A DNA stretch of 64,000 nt from a phage, in the NCBI GenBank assembly GCA_011911785.1, contig GCA_011911785.1_4084.1; one strand, given 5' to 3'. Below the pieces are notes generated by a model that saw nothing but the letters and a program-made list of their open reading frames with translations, was not told the DNA's origin and searched no databases. This document shows positions 44,165-53,693 of the stretch, piece after piece. The first letter of the stretch is position 1. Each line of letters starts with the position of its first letter. The position numbers and the translations under genes are program-made.

Positions 44165-44625
44165 CAGCACTGATATGTATTAGTCTATTTGTTATTGTAT
44201 ATCAATTGATTTTTTCTATCATTGATGATGTTGAACATATTGCATATAGTAAATCTATATCTAAGTTTGAGGGCAATCTTGCTTTTTTTAAATCATTATT
44301 TTGGACATATTTGTTACCCAAAGAATTTTTAGTTGTGTCTTCATATTATTCATCATATAATCTAAACTATAGTATTAGTGATTTAGCAAACATTGAACTG
44401 GTTTGTCGAAATGCTATTAACAATGTTAATGGATACAAAGTTGTGATGAAAAATCCAGGGGTGATCCATTTTATAGAACCAGGTAACAGCAGTTCTGAAC
44501 TAAAACTTAGTGATATGTATCTTTCATATAACTCAATGGAAAGATTCGTTTTACCACCGTACTATATTCGTTTGATCCTAAAAGCACTACAAAATAAAAC
44601 TACAGATGTTCTTGACAGGCTATAG
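44161..44625 (+). CDS. membrane protein (154 aa)
   Basis: N-terminal hydrophobic helix. Confidence 0.5.
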   Translation: MTALICISLFVIVYQLIFSIIDDVEHIAYSKSISKFEGNLAFFKSLFWTYLLPKEFLVVSSYYSSYNLNYSISDLANIELVCRNAINNVNGYKVVMKNPGVIHFIEPGNSSSELKLSDMYLSYNSMERFVLPPYYIRLILKALQNKTTDVLDRL

Positions 44626-44640
44626 GTGAAGTGATAAGAT
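44612..44640 (+). promoter_or_regulatory. sigma70-like promoter
   Basis: TTGACA, 17 nt, TAAGAT. Confidence 0.45.
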
Positions 44641-44689
44641 AGTACCAATGAAACACAACACTAATTTATAATCTAATGAGGAACCAATC

Positions 44690-45148
44690 ATGACAGTATT
44701 AGCTACCCAATTTAAACGAAATACAGAGCAACGTGAAGGTTACTTGAGTATCAGTGAAGTGGTTGAAGGAAACTTCAAACAATACATTTTCAATGCTTCT
44801 ATTAAATTAAAAGCGACAAAATCTGATAAAGATCGTGGCTTTACTAAGTGGGTGGCTTACTGGGAAGATTCACCTGTTGCAATTGAAATGACAGTAATGA
44901 CAACAGTACTGGAAACTGGATACATTAAAGCGACCATTGTAGATAAACAAGTACGAACCATTGATGAGATTGGTCCTTACCCAGCACGAAATTCTAAAGT
45001 ATTTGGTAACTTGATTGATGGTAAGTTTATGTTGGATAAAGATGCACAAGTTTATGTGATGGATAAGGTAGAAAAAGCGGCAGCTAAAAAAGAAGTTGTA
45101 AATCAAAGTCAAATTGACTTAATCAAACAAGCATGGGGTTTAAAATGA
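44690..45148 (+). CDS. hypothetical protein (152 aa)
   Basis: RBS aatgaggaaccaatcATG. Confidence 0.6.
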   Translation: MTVLATQFKRNTEQREGYLSISEVVEGNFKQYIFNASIKLKATKSDKDRGFTKWVAYWEDSPVAIEMTVMTTVLETGYIKATIVDKQVRTIDEIGPYPARNSKVFGNLIDGKFMLDKDAQVYVMDKVEKAAAKKEVVNQSQIDLIKQAWGLK

Positions 45149-45588
45149 TTTCTATCAAATCCGTAAAATACATTTATCTTCTTGGTATTTTGTCTTGGTT
45201 TGCATTACCAGTACTGGACTTCTTTCAAGTCACAGATGGTAACAAGTACCAAACAGTAGTTTCAGTGTTTTCACTTTTATTTTTTCTTGGTGTCTTTTTT
45301 TCTAGTGCTTTTATGATCTTTAGTGATGAAGACGATGCAAGACGTTTCTATGCAGTAGTTTTTGAATTTAAACACTATGGGTGGTATCTAACACTCCCGT
45401 TCATTCCATGTATCATTTATGCTTTCAACTATGAATACTATTCATATATGGGCATGGCAATGATTTTGTTTATTATCCTTGAACGTATGCGAACGGTTCA
45501 AAACAAGTTTGCACAGGAGTACGAAGACATGCAAACTGCGGAAGAGATACGTAGGAAGTCAATTCCAACAACAAAGGTAGATTTATAA
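45145..45588 (+). CDS. multi-pass membrane protein
   Basis: Several hydrophobic helices; ATGA overlap. Confidence 0.55.
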   Translation: MISIKSVKYIYLLGILSWFALPVLDFFQVTDGNKYQTVVSVFSLLFFLGVFFSSAFMIFSDEDDARRFYAVVFEFKHYGWYLTLPFIPCIIYAFNYEYYSYMGMAMILFIILERMRTVQNKFAQEYEDMQTAEEIRRKSIPTTKVDL

Positions 45589-46013
45589 TGAGAACATACT
45601 ATAAACTATTACTCGCTCCCTTTTCATTTGGTATTTTATGTCTAATCGACGTATTATGCACAAAGTATTCGATTAGTACAGTACTTAATCCAGCGTGGTT
45701 TACTATTGCTATTGTTGGATACTGTCTGTGTGCGGGTATGGCTGCTCTTATTACGTTACTAACAATTGCAATGGATAATGACGAGAAAGATAAAAACAGC
45801 TTTGCGAATGACTTTGGGTGGAAAACGATCAGTTCAGTAACTATTGTACCATTTGCATTACTGACAGTTTATTTCATTCAAATGGGTGAGATCATTCCTG
45901 GTGTTGCATCATCAATACTTTTGTTAATGACAATAGTTGTTCGTTCACGACAAAATTCAATAATCCAAGAGTTTCTTGAACGAGAGGCAAGGGAAGGAAC
46001 AAAAACATCTTGA
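45588..46013 (+). CDS. multi-pass membrane protein (141 aa)
   Basis: Several hydrophobic helices. Confidence 0.55.
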   Translation: MRTYYKLLLAPFSFGILCLIDVLCTKYSISTVLNPAWFTIAIVGYCLCAGMAALITLLTIAMDNDEKDKNSFANDFGWKTISSVTIVPFALLTVYFIQMGEIIPGVASSILLLMTIVVRSRQNSIIQEFLEREAREGTKTS

Positions 46014-46038
46014 CATAAAATGTGTTAAGGGATATAAT
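46010..46038 (+). promoter_or_regulatory. sigma70-like promoter
   Basis: TTGACA, 17 nt, TATAAT. Confidence 0.6.
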
Positions 46039-46067
46039 TATTTTATCAAAACAAAGGAGGGACACAT

Positions 46068-46319
46068 ATGAATCTCGATGTGGTGAAATCATTAACTGAA
46101 GCTTTACAGAAAAATGAAGTCCAATGTCAAGAACTACGTGACACTATTAAGGTTGAATACGCTCGACTTCAAGGTATGTTACAAGAATCAGAATGGGTAG
46201 TTACTAAAAGCATCGAAGGTATCTACAAAGATATCGAATCAATGTTCAATAAGAAAAGTAAGATTGAATCAGATTCTTTTAATAAACGTAAAGAACTAAA
46301 TGCAGTTTTAGGTATCTAA
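46068..46319 (+). CDS. hypothetical protein (83 aa)
   Basis: RBS aaaggagggacacatATG. Confidence 0.6.
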   Translation: MNLDVVKSLTEALQKNEVQCQELRDTIKVEYARLQGMLQESEWVVTKSIEGIYKDIESMFNKKSKIESDSFNKRKELNAVLGI

Positions 46320-46323
46320 GTAC

Positions 46324-46353
46324 TTGACAGTACTGAAAATATAGGAGTACAAT
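46324..46353 (+). promoter_or_regulatory. sigma70-like promoter
   Basis: TTGACA, 18 nt, TACAAT. Confidence 0.5.
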
Positions 46354-46393
46354 GTACTCCTACTTTAATTGAAAACCAAAAAGGAAAAACACA

Positions 46394-46669
46394 ATGAACT
46401 CTATTCTAGTAGCAGTAAACCTGGTTGCTTCTCCGTCTTTTGATTTTAAAAAAGTTATTTCTAATAATCTTAAAAACATTTGCCCTGATACTGAACTTAC
46501 TTTTTGTGTATTCGATTCTGAAAAAGTTACTAAAGTAGATCTTAATTATCTCATGAACGATGTTAAGAGTGTTCAAGGTAAAACTAATTTAGATGTAGTA
46601 CGTTCTGTTGCTGACGACTACGATGATGCTCTGATCATTTCTGAATCTTTTGAAGAGGGTGTACTGTGA
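46394..46669 (+). CDS. hypothetical protein (91 aa)
   Basis: RBS aaaaggaaaaacacaATG. Confidence 0.55.
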   Translation: MNSILVAVNLVASPSFDFKKVISNNLKNICPDTELTFCVFDSEKVTKVDLNYLMNDVKSVQGKTNLDVVRSVADDYDDALIISESFEEGVL

Positions 46670-47133
46670 ATAAATTAGTTCAATGGGTAGAAAAAACTAA
46701 GGTCTATCCACCGTCTGAATTGTTTTTCCAAGCTGACTCTAAGCAAGCAAAGGCAGAAAAACGCGTTGTAGCCATTTGTGAAGACCTTTATAAACTTGAA
46801 GTACATACTCTTAGTGATATGCATACTGCGTTCACAGTGCTTGCAAACGCTGCTAAACGCGATATTCATAACATGAAGATGAAGTACATTGAAGAACTAT
46901 GCGGTGTGCTTGCATTCCATGTTGAATATTCGGTTAATGCATTAGATGCTATGCATAAGAAAGATCCCATCCTCCAAGCTTATTACAAAGGATGGTCAGT
47001 AAAAGCTAAAGAGCTAAAGGATGAAATCAAAGCATTACTTATTGAATCATTCCCTGATATTGATAAGGCAATGTTACTTTCGGAGATGCAGTACTATTAT
47101 GATTCTGAAAAAGATAAGGTACTTTCTAAGTAA
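46666..47133 (+). CDS. hypothetical protein (155 aa)
   Basis: ATGA overlap. Confidence 0.55.
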   Translation: MNKLVQWVEKTKVYPPSELFFQADSKQAKAEKRVVAICEDLYKLEVHTLSDMHTAFTVLANAAKRDIHNMKMKYIEELCGVLAFHVEYSVNALDAMHKKDPILQAYYKGWSVKAKELKDEIKALLIESFPDIDKAMLLSEMQYYYDSEKDKVLSK

Positions 47134-47530
47134 ACTAATTCTAAGTAAGCCCAAAGTACAAATACAAGCTCAAGAGGCTTTTGATATATACGAGGCATTG
47201 AATAATTGTAATTATGATTTACTCAATAAGCATTGTAGATCCAAAGTAGCTCTTGATTTGATTTGTGAACAAATGACAGTTAGTAACTTTTCAAAAAATT
47301 ACAACATTCACTATTTTGGATTTGATGGTTCACCTACAAAATTTGATTATAATTCTGCTTATGCAGAATTGGTTAATAGTAAGAAAAACATCAAAATAAC
47401 TGAATTCATTGCCTTGTATTTTTTCACAAAACTTGGTATAGTAACTGGATGTAAAGATCCCTTCCCATTTGATAAGGTATTGAAAGGAAGAGAACTTGAT
47501 ATATATTCCGCATTCTTAGATAAGGTGTAG
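47099..47530 (+). CDS. hypothetical protein (start uncertain)
   Basis: Tracked ORF 47021..47530 overlaps upstream gene; first plausible ATG 47099. Confidence 0.35.
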   Translation: MILKKIRYFLSKLILSKPKVQIQAQEAFDIYEALNNCNYDLLNKHCRSKVALDLICEQMTVSNFSKNYNIHYFGFDGSPTKFDYNSAYAELVNSKKNIKITEFIALYFFTKLGIVTGCKDPFPFDKVLKGRELDIYSAFLDKV

Positions 47531-47531
47531 A

Positions 47532-48029
47532 ATGACTACAGTATATGTTGACAAGCGTGTTGGATTATTGCTCACTGATTCACGAGTAACAACCACTACT
47601 GAGAGGTACTTTCTCGGATTATTCCCGTTAAAACCAAAAAAACAATATGGTGTAGTTACTCAAAAATCATTATACATTCATGATCGTCTGTTTAGTGCCG
47701 CAGGTTCAGTGAATGAAATCAATAAAGTATTGATGTATCTGATATATGGTGATATAGTACTACCCAGTAGAAAAGAGAACTGCCATTGTGTCTTGTTGTC
47801 CAAAGATTATTGTATTCACTTAGGAACAAAGAACGGGAAGTTTTTTAAGTACCTTGAGTTCATGCATGAGGAATATGTGTTCTTCATGGGAAGTGGTGGA
47901 GAGTACATGGTTGATGCTGCTGTGCATGAGAACCAAGACACACTACTTCAAAAAATATTCAGTACTTTCAAAGAGGTAAAAAACCACGATGAATATACTG
48001 ACGACAATATTAATGTATACCAATTTTGA
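47532..48029 (+). CDS. hypothetical protein (165 aa)
   Basis: ORF. Confidence 0.55.
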   Translation: MTTVYVDKRVGLLLTDSRVTTTTERYFLGLFPLKPKKQYGVVTQKSLYIHDRLFSAAGSVNEINKVLMYLIYGDIVLPSRKENCHCVLLSKDYCIHLGTKNGKFFKYLEFMHEEYVFFMGSGGEYMVDAAVHENQDTLLQKIFSTFKEVKNHDEYTDDNINVYQF

Positions 48030-48050
48030 TTTTTTCATTAGGAGAAGTAA

Positions 48051-49013
48051 GTGAAGAAACTAGACTTAAACGCAATTTCCGAAGAAGTACTGGATGAATG
48101 TTTTGCGAATGAAGAAGTCAATCCATTGGAAGCAATTGAACCATCAGAAGTTATTGAAGATGATATTCCACATAAAGTTCGTAGTAAAAGTAACATTAGT
48201 CTCAAGCGTCCAGTAGGTGTGACTAATGAATCCATCATCGAAGAGATTCGTGCTGGAATTAATGTAAAAAAGAACACTGACCTATTACTTCGTTATAACT
48301 ATGGTATGATCGTTGATGTTGCTTCAAAGTGTACATGTTATATTCCGTTTGAAGATAAAATTGCATATGGTGTAGAAGGTTTTATGCGAGCACTTAAAAC
48401 CTTTGATCTTAGTAAGAATGTCAAATTCATTACATATGCAACAACGTCCGTTTATATGACTATGTATAATGAAAGTTCAGATGCAAATTACATGGTGTAC
48501 TTACCACGTTATATGAGCGTTCATAACATCCAAGTACGTCGATTTAATGAATCATATCAACGTGAACACGGTAAGCGACCTACACCAGAATTAATCTCTG
48601 AGAGTACTGGTATCGAGCTTCAGCACGTTAAGAACTGTTTGTTATACCAGAATGCATATACGACTCTTGATGCACAACTGGGTTCAGATTCAGACGGAAC
48701 CCTTGGGGATATTCTGAGTTCATCTGCTCGTGATTATAACCTTAATGTTGATAGCATTTGTAATCCATTACGTTATGCAATCACAGAAATCATTGACGAA
48801 TTGAGTACTAAAGAACGAGAAATTATCATGCGTGTTCATGGTCTGGGGGATTACAAAGCAGAAACCCTTCGTGAAATTTCTGATAATGGATATGTTGATG
48901 ATAAAGGAAACATTGTTAAGTCCCGTTCATCTGTGCACCGAAAATATAGTGAAGCTATTCAAAAGCTTAAAAAAATAGTACTTGAAAAAGGGTACGAATA
49001 CGAAGATTTCTAA
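48051..49013 (+). CDS. RNA polymerase sigma factor, sigma70 family
   Basis: Region 2-like GFMRALKTFDLSKNVKFITYATTSVYMTM (cf. GLMRAVEKFD...FSTYATWWIRQ); region 4-like HTH STKEREIIMRVHGLGDYKAETLREIS. Confidence 0.8.
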   Translation: MKKLDLNAISEEVLDECFANEEVNPLEAIEPSEVIEDDIPHKVRSKSNISLKRPVGVTNESIIEEIRAGINVKKNTDLLLRYNYGMIVDVASKCTCYIPFEDKIAYGVEGFMRALKTFDLSKNVKFITYATTSVYMTMYNESSDANYMVYLPRYMSVHNIQVRRFNESYQREHGKRPTPELISESTGIELQHVKNCLLYQNAYTTLDAQLGSDSDGTLGDILSSSARDYNLNVDSICNPLRYAITEIIDELSTKEREIIMRVHGLGDYKAETLREISDNGYVDDKGNIVKSRSSVHRKYSEAIQKLKKIVLEKGYEYEDF

Positions 49014-49020
49014 AGAAAAA

Positions 49021-49047
49021 GGGTTGACTTAGGTCAGCCCTTTTTTT
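49021..49047 (+). terminator. intrinsic terminator (composite module type)
   Basis: GGGTTGAC-TTAG-GTCAGCCC hairpin followed by TTTTTTT; TTGACT hexamer in 5' arm. Confidence 0.7.
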
Positions 49048-49571
49048 ATGGGACAAAATGGATGTTCATGATACAATGATATTGTACAATTCTGTTGGCA
49101 TGGATGACATGAACCTGATCCACTCGAAAATGTAGAGGGCAGTTGAGCAGTCCAGCAGTGCGAAGTGCAGAAGAAACCCGTCAGATGTGGGCATATTATG
49201 AACCCCTCACGGCAATGCGGCACTATAAAGAACCACGTTAGGATGGCTGGTGGTTCCTCGATAGACATATAAGGATAACACCTTACGAATTATCTAAGGG
49301 AGAGTTATCAAATTTTGTACAGGAAAGTTGCGTCCAAAATTTGAGTACTCACATTAAGTATTTGATTGCATAGATACTTAATGAAGATACACTATGTTTA
49401 AAAGTGTAGACCGTCATATGAAACTGAAGTAGAGAGAAACAGGATGACCCGCTTTCGTACTCATTAAGAGTAATCTTCAATGCAATAGCTCTGATACCAT
49501 CAGCGTCAAATTCCCCTCCCAGCGGGGGGAAGAAAAATCCCTTCCTCAAATCCCGTCAATATTAAAAGTCC
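49048..49571 (+). ncRNA. GC-richer ORF-free island (candidate structured RNA or foreign insert)
   Basis: About 520 bp with no convincing ORF, visibly higher GC than surroundings, several G/C-rich potential stems. Confidence 0.3.
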
Positions 49572-49600
49572 TTGACAGTTATTAATCATTCGCGTAGAAT
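49572..49600 (+). promoter_or_regulatory. sigma70-like promoter
   Basis: TTGACA, 17 nt, TAGAAT. Confidence 0.6.
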
Positions 49601-49664
49601 ACGTAGTATTAGAAGCGAACAGACATCTCGAAGAGATGGATGACTAACTATTAAGGAACATTCA

Positions 49665-49874
49665 ATGAATACTACAATCTTTTTAATTGTTGCTCTTTCA
49701 ATGCAATCCGGTGTACAAATTACCCCTATGAATTCATTAAACCAATGTTTTTCTGTACGTGATAGTACATACGAACAAGTAAACAAAAATTCTTGGATGA
49801 CAGTTAGTGAAGAACAAATGTGGTGTTACAAAAGTGATATTAAAGCGAAATTTATTGTAGGACAAACTCAATGA
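49665..49874 (+). CDS. putative small secreted protein (69 aa)
   Basis: N-terminal signal-peptide-like segment. Confidence 0.45.
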   Translation: MNTTIFLIVALSMQSGVQITPMNSLNQCFSVRDSTYEQVNKNSWMTVSEEQMWCYKSDIKAKFIVGQTQ

Positions 49875-50065
49875 TTTATCGAGTGAGGTTTGAAGTTTGT
49901 AAAATTGTTTTCAATAGCAAAGGTGAAGCCTCACTCGATGAAACTCTGCACATATATAATCTCCAATTTAGGGCAAAAACAGAAGCTGATGCATTAGTAA
50001 ACATGTTTAATTTCAACCATAGGTGCGGGTATCATTTAGTAAGAGTTATAGAGGTTAAAAAGTAA
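49871..50065 (+). CDS. hypothetical protein (64 aa)
   Basis: ATGA overlap. Confidence 0.45.
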   Translation: MIYRVRFEVCKIVFNSKGEASLDETLHIYNLQFRAKTEADALVNMFNFNHRCGYHLVRVIEVKK

Positions 50066-50095
50066 TTACCGAATGCAGTGAAGAGGAAATCTAAA

Positions 50096-50890
50096 ATGAG
50101 TACTATCGATGAATTGATTCGACGGAATTCAAAATATTACCAACCATCAGAAATTGTGGATAATATTACTAAATCTGAGTTTGGACCTAATACTCGCAAA
50201 CTCATTCATGTAATGTCTCGTGACGGCTTTAAATGTGATTGTTGTGGTGAATCCAATGTAGTATTCACTTTACATAAGCACAGTACTAAAGAACGTTATA
50301 AATTCAGACCTTATGTACTTAAAGGGAAACGTCTTGTACGCATGACGTTAGACCATAATGTACTGGACTGTCTCCAGGGTGGTAATGATAAAGAAAACAT
50401 GACTGCACTGTGTGAGGATTGTAATGCCTTACGCCAGCATAAGTTCGCAGAGTACAGCGAGTTTAAGTACTGGTATCATAATGCAGACCGTTCAATTGAG
50501 CCTAATGTAAACTACTGCTTCATTGAGTACATCAAGAATGCAAAAGATACATACATTCTTAAATCCATGTCTCCGATTACAGTGTTTCCTGAGAATCTAT
50601 TCAGTACTATGGAGCGTGATTTTAAGCGTGGTATCATCAATGCATTCAAGCACTTAGACAAAGGTATCAAACACTTTGATGTTGAATGTTTAAATTCAGG
50701 TATGAATCGTTTAGTACAAATTTACATGAAATCGTTTATAGGTATTGACAGTGCACGACTACCAGTATATAATTACTTTATTGAAAGCGTAGAAGGTGAA
50801 TCACTTCGTGATTATGGTGAAAGATTTAATAAGAAAGTCTTCACTGCAATAGCAAATGAGATTCATTACTATAAACCATATGTAATTTAA
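50096..50890 (+). CDS. HNH endonuclease (possible homing endonuclease)
   Basis: Start refined to ATG 50096 (RBS gaggaaatctaaaATG); CDCCGE...LDHNVLD...GGND...N...LCEDCNALR. Confidence 0.6.
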   Translation: MSTIDELIRRNSKYYQPSEIVDNITKSEFGPNTRKLIHVMSRDGFKCDCCGESNVVFTLHKHSTKERYKFRPYVLKGKRLVRMTLDHNVLDCLQGGNDKENMTALCEDCNALRQHKFAEYSEFKYWYHNADRSIEPNVNYCFIEYIKNAKDTYILKSMSPITVFPENLFSTMERDFKRGIINAFKHLDKGIKHFDVECLNSGMNRLVQIYMKSFIGIDSARLPVYNYFIESVEGESLRDYGERFNKKVFTAIANEIHYYKPYVI

Positions 50891-50905
50891 TTAGAGGAAC
50901 TATCA

Positions 50906-51073
50906 TGCAAATCATTATCTTAATCGTTGGTATCGGTTTGGGCATCTATGGACATTCATGGGTAACTGAGAAGTTTCCTGACACCCGTCCAGATTACTGT
51001 ACAACTAAAACTGAAAGTACTGAAAGTATTGGAACTAAGATCGATAAAGTAATCGAGGTGATTAAACAATGAT
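50906..51073 (+). CDS. small membrane protein (55 aa)
   Basis: Untracked ORF, RBS ttagaggaactatcATG; hydrophobic N-terminus. Confidence 0.4.
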
Positions 51074-51150
51074 GAAACTTAATATATTTCTGGTTGTATT
51101 CACTGTCGTTGTTATCGGTATTGGTGCACTGGCATATATCCAACCTTAAA
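51070..51150 (+). CDS. possible hydrophobic micro-protein (26 aa)
   Basis: Untracked ORF MMKLNIFLVVFTVVVIGIGALAYIQP with ATGA overlap; speculative. Confidence 0.25.
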
Positions 51151-51160
51151 GGAAAAATAA

Positions 51161-51361
51161 ATGTTTAAATCGAATACAAATGTTGGTAAGCAGGTTCAAT
51201 TACTTGAAGACGTATCCACTATGAGTGGAACCTTCACTAAAGGTCACATCATGACTATTATTGCCGAAACATCCCGTGGCTGGGACTTGGAAGATGCTGA
51301 TGGTAATCGCATCCTTGAGGCTGGCTTCTATGGTCATCGTGAATATAAAATCATTGATTAA
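51161..51361 (+). CDS. hypothetical protein (66 aa)
   Basis: RBS aaaggaaaaataaATG. Confidence 0.5.
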   Translation: MFKSNTNVGKQVQLLEDVSTMSGTFTKGHIMTIIAETSRGWDLEDADGNRILEAGFYGHREYKIID

Positions 51362-51459
51362 GGATGCAAACGTGACTTTAGAGATTATCGTTGGTATTGT
51401 TAGTTTTATTCATCTGTGTTGGTTGGTTTGGGTATATGATGATTTTTAGTGATTAACAC

Positions 51460-51487
51460 TTGACAGAAGATATCAGTACTGTATAAT
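51460..51487 (+). promoter_or_regulatory. sigma70-like promoter (GTATAATGTTTAT class)
   Basis: TTGACA, 16 nt, TG-TATAAT; downstream GTTTATATCAAA box shared with 51808 and 62687. Confidence 0.65.
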
Positions 51488-51532
51488 GTTTATATCAAAC
51501 GAAATCCACTTTAACAAATGATAGGAAATATT

Positions 51533-51811
51533 ATGTCTTTTACCAAAGAAGAACGTGACCTTATTAAAAAAGCAATCTGGTTTTATGCTAATGAAGGGGA
51601 GTGCGATGAAGAAAAAGCACGTGAACTGTGTAATATCCTTGAGCAGAAACAAGAACTGAAAGTGTATCGTATCCGTGTTTTGGATGATGGGGATCGTATT
51701 GTCCTAGCTGAAACAAAAGAAGAAGCAGAACAAATCTTCACTGATAAAAACGAAAATCCACATTGGATGGAAGAAGTCTGTGAAGTAAAAAAAGGTACTT
51801 ATATCGATTGA
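51533..51811 (+). CDS. hypothetical protein (92 aa)
   Basis: Start refined to ATG 51533. Confidence 0.55.
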   Translation: MSFTKEERDLIKKAIWFYANEGECDEEKARELCNILEQKQELKVYRIRVLDDGDRIVLAETKEEAEQIFTDKNENPHWMEEVCEVKKGTYID

Positions 51812-51836
51812 CTGTACTGAATAATAGCAGTATAAT
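51808..51836 (+). promoter_or_regulatory. sigma70-like promoter (GTATAATGTTTAT class)
   Basis: TTGACT, 17 nt, TATAAT; followed by long hairpin GGGAATGCAGTGA...TCACTGCGTTCCC in the leader. Confidence 0.6.
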
Positions 51837-51929
51837 GTTTATATCAAAGGGAATGCAGTGAAAGGAAAGACAGCATAATCGTACTCGTCACTGCGTTCCC
51901 GCCCTTTTAAATTAAATGAGGAATTAACT

Positions 51930-52238
51930 ATGTTTCAAACTAACACTCAAGGTTTTGTAATCATCGATTTGAATCAAAACAGCGGTTATTGGATGAAACC
52001 TACTGACGCATGTATGCAGTTTGATTTTTTAGGTTACAGGATTAGTGTAAGTACTGGTGCTTCTGTACTGCGTGGTGGTTGTATCGTTGAACATCTGGTA
52101 ACTGATCCAGAAGGTCGTGAGTATGAAATCGCAGGTTCAGTACAAGATGCCATTATGTTTGTATGTCAGCGTGAAATGAATGGTTCGAATTCAAATGCAC
52201 TGACTCATGCTCTTTCTCAAGAAGTGGAGGTTCGTTAA
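51930..52238 (+). CDS. hypothetical protein (102 aa)
   Basis: RBS aaatgaggaattaactATG. Confidence 0.6.
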   Translation: MFQTNTQGFVIIDLNQNSGYWMKPTDACMQFDFLGYRISVSTGASVLRGGCIVEHLVTDPEGREYEIAGSVQDAIMFVCQREMNGSNSNALTHALSQEVEVR

Positions 52239-52483
52239 TGAAATATATTGTAGCAGTACTCGTCGCATTTTTACTCACTGCATGTGATGCTTCAACCAAA
52301 GAACGAACTAGTGAGTTTGTTTTACCAACTGAACTCAAAGAAGCAGGGTGTAAGATTTATCGTATGCAACAAGACGGTGCTGGTGCATCTTTGTACACTG
52401 TGTACTGTCGTAATGCAAACACTACTACGTCTTATATGAGTGGTAAAGTTCGCGTGGATACATCTGTGGTTCATGGAGAATAA
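52238..52483 (+). CDS. putative lipoprotein (81 aa)
   Basis: Signal peptide with lipobox-like LLTAC. Confidence 0.55.
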   Translation: MKYIVAVLVAFLLTACDASTKERTSEFVLPTELKEAGCKIYRMQQDGAGASLYTVYCRNANTTTSYMSGKVRVDTSVVHGE

Positions 52484-52485
52484 CA

Positions 52486-52854
52486 ATGAGTCTTGATACT
52501 ACTCGTTCGGCAAATATCTTAAAACGTTTGAATGACGAAGAATATCTAGCTAATACACGATATCAGCTTGAAAAACTCAGTCGAAATGTAAAATATATTG
52601 ATATCACTACACAGCTTCCACTGGATGAATATCACAAGTTAAACGAAGATATTGTATATCACCCAAATGAAATTTGGATTGAGTGGGAATCATGGACCCA
52701 CTCGGTTCTCCGTATCGAGGGCTATTGTGTGAAATATGAAAGTTCACTAGGTGATTTTACAAAAAAACTGTCGATATTGTGCACTGACACACATGAAATA
52801 GTTGAGGTGAATTTGAATCATATGAAGGGTTGCCGTTGGGGAGATCTTAAATGA
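52486..52854 (+). CDS. hypothetical protein (122 aa)
   Basis: ORF. Confidence 0.5.
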   Translation: MSLDTTRSANILKRLNDEEYLANTRYQLEKLSRNVKYIDITTQLPLDEYHKLNEDIVYHPNEIWIEWESWTHSVLRIEGYCVKYESSLGDFTKKLSILCTDTHEIVEVNLNHMKGCRWGDLK

Positions 52855-53126
52855 TTAAAAAACTATTGACTGTGTTTGTTGTATTCTGTACAATGTTTCT
52901 TACAGCATGTAATGATGACGGCAGGTTAAGTGCAAAAGACTTAGCTCGATATGATTGTACATTCACAGGTAAGTCTTTTATTAACGAGTATGAGGTATGC
53001 ACACAATCAGGTCGTATCTGTGGTGGTTGGGAGAAACGTCAGGAGCGATTGTATGTATATGAATGTCCTGGGCAACTCAACAAAGTAATAAGTACTCACA
53101 AACTTGTTTATGATAAGGTTGAATAA
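52851..53126 (+). CDS. putative lipoprotein (91 aa)
   Basis: Signal peptide with lipobox-like FLTAC. Confidence 0.55.
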   Translation: MIKKLLTVFVVFCTMFLTACNDDGRLSAKDLARYDCTFTGKSFINEYEVCTQSGRICGGWEKRQERLYVYECPGQLNKVISTHKLVYDKVE

Positions 53127-53335
53127 TGACTACCAATGAAATGATGCAGGTTATCTGGAATAAAGGTTGTGATCTTAAAATCACTAGTACTGATGTTCGT
53201 GTATTCAAAACTGAATACATGGAATACTTGGACCTTGATACTTATAATAATATTGTATCAATTGAACACAAAGGTGCAGTACTGGAAACAATTGACGTTG
53301 TTCTCAAGAAAGCAACGGATTTATTGGGAGCATAA
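53126..53335 (+). CDS. hypothetical protein (69 aa)
   Basis: ATGA overlap. Confidence 0.5.
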   Translation: MTTNEMMQVIWNKGCDLKITSTDVRVFKTEYMEYLDLDTYNNIVSIEHKGAVLETIDVVLKKATDLLGA

Positions 53336-53336
53336 G

Positions 53337-53483
53337 GTGAACAATAAAGAATGGGAAGAGTACCGCAAGAAGTGCCGAGAGTTTGATAAAGAACTCACTG
53401 GTACTGTGAACGCAGTAATGTGGGTATCTGCAATAATTGCAGTACTGGGACTGTTTGCAGTTATCATTAATAAGTTTTTTTGA
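53337..53483 (+). CDS. small membrane-anchored protein (48 aa)
   Basis: GTG start; C-terminal hydrophobic helix; replaces tracked 53169..53483 extension. Confidence 0.4.
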   Translation: MNNKEWEEYRKKCREFDKELTGTVNAVMWVSAIIAVLGLFAVIINKFF

Positions 53484-53492
53484 GGAATACAC

Positions 53493-53693
53493 ATGTTTAC
53501 TTTATATCTAGCCGTAGTACTAACAAATGGTGAAATCACACGTACATTAGGTGACGGTGTATATAAAACACCTGAGCAGTGTTATTCTGCGACACACTGG
53601 CCTCGTGATGCTGGTGAAGAAACTCGTACCGAATACAAATGTATGAAGGTCAAAGGTGACTTTGTTAACCTTAAGGTCATTGAGGTGAAGTAG
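53493..53693 (+). CDS. putative small secreted protein (66 aa)
   Basis: N-terminal hydrophobic segment. Confidence 0.5.
   Translation: MFTLYLAVVLTNGEITRTLGDGVYKTPEQCYSATHWPRDAGEETRTEYKCMKVKGDFVNLKVIEVK

Noticed and set aside
49246-49253. Chi site GCTGGTGG
   Set aside because: A single occurrence of an 8-mer on two strands of 64 kb is within chance expectation; it does not indicate the host or a function.
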